This document shows positions 1-8,349 of a stretch of 36,049 nt of DNA, in pieces. A program made the translations under genes and the position numbers. This DNA comes from Hydrurus foetidus (Eukaryota). The stretch's first letter is position 1; every line of letters begins with the position of its first letter. The notes beneath the pieces are model-generated. The model did not search any database. It saw only the letters and a list, made by a program, of their open reading frames with translations, and was not told where the DNA came from. The DNA is taken from assembly GCA_900617105.1 (NCBI GenBank), contig UYFQ01000053.1, positions 1 to 36,049 on the forward strand, in the 5' to 3' direction.

Positions 1-205
1 TGTGGTCGTACCGGGTATACCGGGCCTACGGGCCGTACCGGACCTTGTCACGATCCACCCGATCCTTCCGCCTACAGTACATATACAGCCCTACCACGAC
101 TAGCTAGCTAGCTGCAGCCTACTCGTAGAAGTTACCTAGCTTCTAGCATAGTTGTAACCTAACACCACCTACTCGTCTTTAGCTCTTCTTTCCATCAGGA
201 CTACA
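1..205 (+). repeat. 5' LTR (205 bp)
   Basis: TGTGGTCGTA...GGACTACA, matches 6530-6735 with 5 substitutions and 1 indel. Confidence 0.96.
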
Positions 206-216
206 ATAGCGCTATT
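205..216 (+). promoter_or_regulatory. Palindrome AATAGCGCTATT at the expected primer-binding-site position (non-canonical PBS candidate)
   Basis: Directly follows the LTR terminal CA. No TGG complementary to a tRNA CCA end is present. The function is inferred. Confidence 0.5.
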
Positions 217-760
217 CGTCCAACCTTTCTTCTACTACTTCTCAGTCCATCTACTCTGTCCCCAACTTTTAGATAAGACTTCTGAGCTATCTATAGTCCG
301 CCACGGCCGACTTCTCTTGCAGCTTTGAGCTCAGAGAACTTTAGTTTAAGTTAGAGAAAGTCAGCATACCTGCTTTCTTGGAATCCCTAAGCTTGGGCTC
401 TTCCATTCTTTAAGTTTCCGGTCGAAGTCGAAAGATCCTTCCCGAGATTCATTAAAGACCTGCTCTGACGGTCGATTGAATCACGGATTCATCACCGCTG
501 ACATAAGATTAGTCAAGAGACGTCTTTTGTCGCTGGAAAGCAGCAGCATATACCTTAAAAGGTACCCACTTTTTCTACCACTCAAAATTTGGCTCTTAAG
601 CCATTGGACTTTTCAGTCCAAGAGTTGGTTAGAATTTCTAACGCGTTGTTACTGACGTTACAGTACCCGTTAGCGAACAAGGCAAACCCCTTGCAAATTT
701 TTTTGACAACGGGGGATTGATCTCTGCTGTGTTTAAGCGAGATACATATCTAGTAACGAT

Positions 761-2248
761 ATGTCCGCCGCACCTCCATCTCCACCACCTCCTGATGAGG
801 AGGAGATTGCTCGTCTCGCAGCGTTGGCTGCCCTCAATGAGACTATTCCAACCAACAGCTCATTGTTTGGTAACAGCTCGCTGACGATGCAACTCCAGAG
901 TGAGGTATTCGTGCTCAGACACAACTTCATTGATGAAGCTGATGCCATTGAGTTCTACGAACAGGCTCAACGCAATCCCAACATGAAGTTGACGGACTGT
1001 ATGCAGAAGCAGGCAATCGAACTATTGAACTTCAAAATCTTAGTCGACCCTGAATTCAACATCATCGTCGACAACGTCATGATTGGTTCACCATATTATC
1101 GGTGACTCAGGTAGCCACTCTAGTAGTGAAGTACTTCTGCCCAAACGGTTTGGGGGAGTGTACTTTGGCAGAGAGTTTCAGCCAGATTCCCTTCCACTAC
1201 CAGATCGCTAATCACGATCATGAGAATGCCACATTCATTCGTTACAATGAACTTGTGAGCAACTATGAGAGGTCCAAGGGCCCTCTGACTATGACTCAGC
1301 ATGCTGAGCTTATTCAGATCTTGGAGAAGCGCCTAGCTAAGGGTAGTCAAATTCAACAAGACTACCTGAGAGCGAAAGCTGCTGACACCTCACCACCCAA
1401 CACGGGGACATGGTTGAAGACTATGCTACGCATTGGTCAGGTTCTGGCTGAGGCTAGGTCGATGACGAACCTCATCAAGAGCTACGGCAACCCGGAGGTA
1501 GTGTACTCGTTCCCTTCATCGGCTATTCCGCCTGAGGTTGGTAAAAAAGAGACAACCAGAGCAAGTGTTAAGGCACCCTCACCTACTCCATCCGGGACGT
1601 CTAAGTCACTTACAGCGACTGTGCGTACAACAGGCTCGTACATTCCGACTCAGCACGGACTCGCTGTCCGTGCGTCGACGGAAGTGCCGTTCGTACCGAA
1701 CTTGCTAGCGTGCCGTTCGTGCGGGTCTAAGTCGCACATGTTGCTTGACTGTCCCATCTTGTATTACTCCGACTCCAACACAGACCATTCGGCTGATTGG
1801 GAGGATTCTACATTGGGTATGGCTTGGGCAGCGGTAGGGTTTGCAGAATGGCAACAGCATCTCGTACTCCCAGGGTACGAAGATCGCGTTCTGCTACTCC
1901 CTAAGGGTTCTAAACCCTACTTGATGTCTAACGACAACAAGCGCCCCAAAAAACAGCCATGGTGGCGGTAACAACCCCAATGCCTCTGGTGGTTCAGATC
2001 GTTCCAACCAGGGACAAGGGGGGTATAACCAAAACCAGGGAAACCAAGGTAACCAGGGAGGTGGTTACCATGGTTCCCATGGAGGGGGTAGAGGTAAGCA
2101 GAGGGGAGGATACAACCCTAATGCAAACCAAAACCAGGGTCGTGGATCCGGTGGCAGGGGAAACAAATACAACCCACCACAAGGAAACAACCCTCCCTCC
2201 TCCTCAAGCTCAGGTCAGGATCAAGGTAAGAACCTTTACTCTGATGAC
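761..2248 (+). CDS. gag: Gag (frameshifted in this sequence) with CCHC zinc knuckle and G/N/Q/Y/RGG-rich C-terminal tail
   Basis: ORFs 761-1105 and 1102-1971 join with one frameshift. CRSCGSKSHMLLDC is C-x2-C-x4-H-x4-C. After a frameshift at ~1944-1953 the frame reads HGGGNNPNASGGSDRSNQGQGGYNQNQG... and runs without a stop into the protease ORF. The Gag/PR boundary is approximate. Confidence 0.85.
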
Positions 2249-5200
2249 GTGGCTGCTGTCTTTGACAATGACTCCCATAATCTGATGGATAGTCCTGTTG
2301 AAGAACAGCCACATGTAACTATTCGTGAAGAATTTTTGCATAATCCATCTGTCCTTCCTTCTCACCACCTCAACGTAACTGTTATCGTGCAGGATAAGGA
2401 TAGGACTGGCCCAGCAAGCGAGCTGCGTGCCGTTGGAAGAGCCGTGCTGGACACCGCGAACTACTCGGAGGATTTTATTTCTTTTACTATGTTAGAAAAA
2501 TTAAATGCCACTCACCTTTGTTACCCCGCTCCTACAGCTATCACTGTTTGTAGCGGCCTCGATGGTCAATGTTATGTAAATAACGAAATTTGCGATTTAA
2601 AAATCCTTTTTCATTCTTACGATGGCGAATGCCAGAGCATCAGCTTACCCATGAGGGTAAATAGGAAAACCGAAATTGAAATTTTGTTTAGCCGTAAAAC
2701 GGTAAATAAGTATGATTTTTGGTCTTTGACTCCGTTTGCTTTCGGCATATCGCCAGAACTTAGCGCGGAGAACAAAAAGAAAAGCGATGCGCGCAAACGC
2801 GACTTCGATAAGAAGGAAGCTTTGTTGAAACTTGATCCCATGTATCAACATAAGTATACGCGTCAAATGATAGCGTTGGGTGCCGAACCAGATACAACTG
2901 AAGTCGAGTCTATCACGCCTCATTATGACAAGTTGAAATATCCAGGCGGTAAACCTGCCTCTAAAAAGAGGGTTACATATGGTGTACAAGAGTACCCATA
3001 TAAGAAGAGCGTTTTGCTTGGTCAATCTTCTTCGAAGAGCAACGTCTCCTGTGTCCATTCACTGTCGACATGTAACGATACCCAAAAGGATATTGAGGGA
3101 GTCGCGACCCAAAATTCCTGTGGTGATGTAAGTTGTGAGCGACTGAATAGTGTCACTACTATTCTCGCAAAACGTACGGGTGATACACCGCACCTAGGTG
3201 GCGACCAGATTCCCACCCTTACACATACCTTTGGGGATTCTGATACCCCCGACTATGTCACTGAGCCTTTATGGCCCAGTGGTGTCGCACTCTCAGTTGA
3301 CGAGATTGACGATGGCAAGATAGACACGTTCGCACCCTTCTTAGCTGAGAAGCCTAGTCAAGATGACTTGCCCAAAGGGCCAGAGGATTTCCTCAACGAG
3401 ATTACCTTTGAGGGAGATGAAAGCTTTCAGAGGAAGCTCCGAGAGCTCTGTTCTGAATATTCAGACATCTTTAGTGATCAGTTAGCTGAGAAACCAGCGT
3501 CACTCAAACCTTTTGAGATTAACATCCCCTTGAGTTGTGGGAAAAAGACGAAAACCGTACGCCGGTACGTCCCCAGTCATCGACTAAGGAGGTTGCTCTT
3601 AAGGAGAATCTCGATGAGATGCTTGCGTCGGGAGTTATAGAGCGGTCAGATGCTGCTTATTACAGTCATCCTGTAATCGTAACTAAGTCACCCGGTAAAT
3701 TTCGAACCTGCATCGATTACCGGCCACTTAATAAGTGCCTGACTCCCGCCTCTTTTCCCCTGCCGAATATCAAACATCTTTTGAGAGGATCGGTAATAAA
3801 AACCGGATATTTTTGGTGTGATGGATTTAACCGCGGGTTACCATCAGGCACCGTTACACCCCGCACACCGCATATTCACAGCGTTTATATGCTTTGCGGG
3901 GTTTTTCAGTTCACGAGACTGCCCTTTGGTCCGTGTCGTGCCCCCTCTTACTTTCAAGAGCAGATGGTAACGGCGGTCCTCTATGGCCTTATCTATCATT
4001 GTTGTGAGATGTATCTCGACGATTGCATAGTATATGGCAAGGGTGAAGCAGAGTTTCTTAAGAACTTGAATAAAGTCTTTGAAAGATTCAGACTTAAGGG
4101 TCTTAGACTCAAGGCAAAGAAATGCCGCTTTGGTCTACCTCGTATTGAATACGTTGGCAGAGTAGTTGACAAAGATGGTTTATCCATGTCAAAAGAGAAA
4201 ATAGAAACAGTGTTAAACTTTTCTATACCTAAGAACTTAACTATGTTAAGATCATTCTTAGGATTGGCGAACTATTTTCGACAGTTTGTACCTATGCATT
4301 CGACTTTGGTTAAACCAATGCAAGATATGATAGATCATTCTGCACCGAAACGTTCGGCCGTTGTATGGACTCAAACAAGTACCAACAGCTTTCACGATAC
4401 AAAGATCGCGATATCTCGTTGTCCATTAATGTACTTCATTGATGACAATAAATTGGATATCCGATTATATACAGACGCGTCTGATTTTGGAATCGGCGGT
4501 GTCCTTTTCCAAGTGGTTGATACCATTTGGCAACCAATAGCTTTTATAAGCAAATCATTGACACCAACACAAATAAGGTGGTCAACTATACAGAAAGAAG
4601 CGTATGCTATTTTCTACTGTTGTACACAACTTGATTACCTAATCAGGGATCGTACATTCACAATCTATACTGATCATTTGAATATCACGTATATGAAACA
4701 AAACCCTACCTCAATGGTAGCAAGATGGTTCATTGCTATGCAAGAACTTCATTTTACGGTTGTCTTCGTACCTGGCACGTCAAATGCCTTAGCCGACGCA
4801 ATGTCGCGATTATGTCCTAACTTGACAGAAATCGCATTACCGTTACGAACAACGGAATTGGAATTACTTCCAACTTCGTCGTCGTCGGTCACTGTGTCTG
4901 CTTTGACAGCTATTGACCCAGCGTCAGACGATCAGTTAGAATACATCCAAATGTGCCACAATGCAATTGTTGGTCACAACGGTGTAGATCGTACCCTTAC
5001 TCGGTTGTTCAGTCTACAACAAGTTTGGAAACACATGAAACAACATGTACGTACGTTCATACAGAACTGTCCGTGTTGTCAAAAGTTGAGCGCAAAAGAT
5101 CCTAAGATCAATGCGTCTCACTTTGCAACGTCGAATTATGCTATCTTTGATACGCTGAATGTTGACTATATCGGTCCATTCCCAGACAAAGGTTATATCC

Positions 5201-6208
5201 TTGTCATTATCGACACGTTCACACGTTGGACTGAACTATTTTGGTGTGCAAATGCAGACGCAAAATCAGCGGCCGACTGCCTACTCTCTCATTTTGGCCG
5301 TTTCGGTTCGCCAAACATGATACGATCGGATCGAGGATCCCATTTCGCAAACGATTTAATTAAAGACTTTTTAGATCTTTGTGGCACGCCACATAATTTA
5401 ACCCTCGCATACTCGAAAGAGGAAAATGCGATTGTTGAGAGAGTCAACAAAGAGGTAAATAGACACCTAAGAGGTCTTGTTTTTGATAAACAGACCCTTG
5501 AGGGATATGCCAAGTCAATCCCATTCGTGCAACGCATCATTAACAGTTCAGTTAATAGACGCACTAAAGTTGCGCCCGCACATTTACTGTTCGGAAACAA
5601 GCTTGACTTGAATCGTGGTATTTTAACACCACACTTAAGTGTGAATACACATTCTAGATCAACATACATTGAGGACTTGATCAGCGTTCAGGACAAGGTC
5701 CTTGATTCAGCTGTTCAAGCTTTGGTGTCAGCAGACGCTAAACACGCGGCATCAGCTAAGTGTGCGACAGTGTTCCCTATAGGGACATATGTTCTATGTC
5801 GTTACACGGATCGACCGCCTACTCGGTTACACACTACGTGGCATGGCCCGTACCGTGTTATTTCCTACAAAGGATCCGAGTATACCTCGCTAACCTTGTC
5901 ACACACAAAGAACGAAGTGTACATATTAAAAATTTAAAATTTTTAATTATGATTCAGAGGTCGATGTACCTGCTGACACTGCTCGTCGTGACTACATGGA
6001 ATTTGTAGTGGAAAAGGTTCTTAGTCACTCAGGTGACAAAAAGAAGCCTACGACAATGTCATTCAAAGTCAAATGGCTTAATTATGATGACACTCATAAT
6101 TCATGGGAGCCGTGGAAAAACCTACGGCTTTGTGAAGCACTCCATGAATACTTGAGGGACAATAAAATGAAACATTTTATCCCCAAGAATCTTGAGGCAT
6201 CAGTCTAA
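2249..6208 (+). CDS. pol: Pol: aspartic protease, reverse transcriptase, RNase H, integrase, chromodomain (frameshifted in this sequence)
   Basis: PR: AVLDTANYSEDFIS. RT: KFRTCIDYRPLN, MDLTAGYHQ (alternate frame, 3821-3847), RLPFG, YLDD. RNase H: YTDASDFGIGGVL, EAYAI, YTDH, NALADAMSR. IN: H-x5-H...CPCC, VDYIGP, SDRGSHF, NAIVERVN, WHGPYRV. Chromodomain: EFVVEKVLSH...FKVKWLNYDDTHNSWEP. Stop at 6206-6208. Confidence 0.95.
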
Positions 6209-6506
6209 GAAGACTGATCTCGAACGTATTATCTTTTGAAGATTTTTCCTAATTTTCCCTCGATGGAGGTTTTATGGTTTTAGTCAGTAAAAATCTGACA
6301 TAATTACGTATCGAGGCCTCGGGCACACGTACTTACGTACTTGGCACCACTTTTCTCGTCGACCGACCCACCACAGTTTACATTTTGTAAATATTCTTTA
6401 TTATATTTTTCATTTTAGTTTTCGTAAAATTTTCTTTTCCTTTCTTAGTTATTATTAGTTATTATATTTTTAAACGTGGTGGTCGCGTCATAGATTAGAT
6501 TTCTCC

Positions 6507-6529
6507 AAAAGAGAGATAAGTGGGGGAAA
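6507..6529 (+). other. Polypurine tract (plus-strand primer)
   Basis: AAAAGAGAGATAAGTGGGGGAAA immediately 5' of the 3' LTR. Confidence 0.9.
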
Positions 6530-6735
6530 TGTGGTCGTACCGGGTATACCGGGCCTACGGGCCGTACCGGACCTTGTCACGATCCACCCGATCCTTCCGC
6601 CTACAGTACATATACAGCCCTACCACGACTAGCTAGCTAGCTGCAGCCTACTCGTAGAAGTTACCTAGCTTCTAGCTTAGTTGTAATCTAACTACCACCT
6701 ACTCGTCTTTAGCTCTTCCCTCCATCCGGACTACA
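6530..6735 (+). repeat. 3' LTR (206 bp)
   Basis: Direct repeat of 1-205; followed by CTACT (the expected TSD if 5 bp). Confidence 0.96.
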
Positions 6736-7008
6736 CTACTAAACTAGAGAAAAAACAATTTTGAAACCTCTCGCAGCTTCTCTTGTTGTTGAGTTATGAC
6801 CGAAAATGATGATGAAAATTCGAATGAACGGTGCGGAGACCCACTTTGCAATTTTTTAAGCATTTTCATTGAAAATCAACTCAGCCACTGAACTTACCAT
6901 GGTCGAATTAGTCAGTATGGAATGCATTCTTGATAGCTCGAGCTATCTCTGGTGTTAAAATTTTCTCTGAAAAGACCCCATCCAAAAGCTAATTTTTCAC
7001 TGTACGTG

Positions 7009-7394
7009 CAAGGGGGTATAAAAGGAGAGGGGGCGGTTCCCAACCCTCCGCACACTCAACCGACTCCTCACAACAGTCTCACTCAGTATAGTCAATACTG
7101 AAATACCCAACTGCCAACTCGATATTGCACCTCAATGCGTGCACATCTATCGACGCACGATGGTTGACTTCGACTTGGATACTTTCCTGAGTGATGAAGG
7201 AATTGTGCCTCAACCTTGCGTGGTCTTCGGCGGCTCTTCTGTTGTATATCTGGGCCATGCTGCAGTTATGCAAATAGTGGAGGCTACTTCGCTCATTCTG
7301 AGAGCGGTATTTCAAACTTGAGTGAGAGGGAGGTGAGGTTTTTTTGAGTGGGGATGGGTCTCCAAACCGCCCCCTCTCCTTTCATACCCCCTTG
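7009..7394. mobile_element. Non-autonomous DNA transposon (MITE), 30-bp TIRs, 7-bp TSD; possibly P superfamily
   Basis: 7009-7038 CAAGGGGGTATAAAAGGAGAGGGGGCGGTT versus the reverse complement of 7365-7394: 29/30 identical. Flanked by the direct repeat GTACGTG at 7002-7008 and 7395-7401. Confidence 0.88.
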
Positions 7395-7636
7395 GTACGT
7401 GACTGTATCAAAAAAAGCCGGAATGTGGTCGGTCAACCCTGCAACCCCTGCTCGTCGAAACATTTCCCACTTCCAAAAATCAAGAGAGGACTGGTTCTAA
7501 ATGCTTTTGGTAATTTGGCGACAGAAATTCTTCCTATTTCCGCAGACTTTTGGCAGTGCCCCGCCCCACGAATGCCTACACGGTACCTTGCCGCGAAGTA
7601 GAGACCCAAAACCTAAAACTGTTTCTCGGTAATTAC

Positions 7637-7661
7637 GGTTTGGGGTTTGGGGTTTGGGGTT
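7637..7661 (+). repeat. (TTTGGGG)x3 telomere-like short tandem repeat
   Basis: GGTTTGGGGTTTGGGGTTTGGGGTT read directly. Confidence 0.7.
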
Positions 7662-7820
7662 CACGGTTTTCAGATTTTACGGATCCCGATCATGATCAGA
7701 CATCGACATCGACAGCGCATCACAACATGAAACAATTGATGACAATTATCCAGCATCTACAAGAAGGAGTCGTTCAGAAAGCGCTTTGCCACTTTATTTC
7801 GCTTCTCGGTATCAGCAAAG

Positions 7821-8150
7821 ATGGAGATGGTGAGTAATTTGCCTGTATTGTACATTGCTCCGGAAATGCTCGGCTCAAATCAATTTTGCCGACTGCAGAA
7901 ACAAAACGAAGAGATGAGGAGGCGTCTCGAGGCAATTGGACACAATTCCGACAACGAACTTCTCATTTCAGCCGAGAGGACTCGCGGCGGCACGTGGTAC
8001 AACAGAAATGCTGCTGTGCCCACACCCCCAATTTTTATGGCGAGTACGGATGACATTGGGACGACTCGGGCACGCGCAAACCACATTTGTGCACCTATCC
8101 ACTACTTCGAGGAGCAGATCGCCTTAAAGAAGGCGAAAGCACCTCTTTGA
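7821..8150 (+). other. Possible small spliced gene or gene remnant of unknown function
   Basis: 109-codon ORF containing a plausible 69-bp intron (ATG|GTGAGT at 7830 ... CTGCAG at 7898). No recognisable domain. Confidence 0.2.
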
Positions 8151-8349
8151 ATAAGATGGCTGTATTTGTCTTGTAGATAGGTAATTCAGATCCTGTGGTT
8201 ATTTGTTCCATAGAACCAGCTTTCGGGGAAGAGCTTGGCTGTGTGATGGGGTGACCGAAGATGCAGAATCAAAAGGAATGTTTTCGTTTGTAAATAAATT
8301 CACATGAAGAATAAATATCCAATCAAGCTACAATTAGCAGACTGGTATC

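Larger units (their letters stand above)
1..6735 (+). mobile_element. Full-length Ty3/Gypsy LTR retrotransposon with integrase-fused chromodomain (chromovirus-like)
   Basis: Direct repeats 1-205 and 6530-6735 with TG...CA ends. Internal order is gag(CCHC)-PR-RT(YLDD)-RNase H-IN(HHCC, DDE, GPY)-chromodomain. PPT lies directly before the 3' LTR. The TSD cannot be checked because the window starts at the LTR's first base. Confidence 0.97.

Noticed and set aside
1944..1953. Programmed gag-pol ribosomal frameshift at CCCCAAAAAA
   Set aside because: A -1 shift enters a frame that stops at 2285. The needed +1 shift is equally explained by homopolymer error like the other breaks, and the downstream peptide looks like Gag tail. 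Not fully excluded.
1959..2285. 108-aa Thr/Val-rich ORF as an extra retroelement gene
   Set aside because: It is a shadow frame of the Gly/Asn/Gln-rich Gag tail.
6736..6740. CTACT as a confirmed target-site duplication
   Set aside because: The 5' flank is outside the window, so it cannot be compared.
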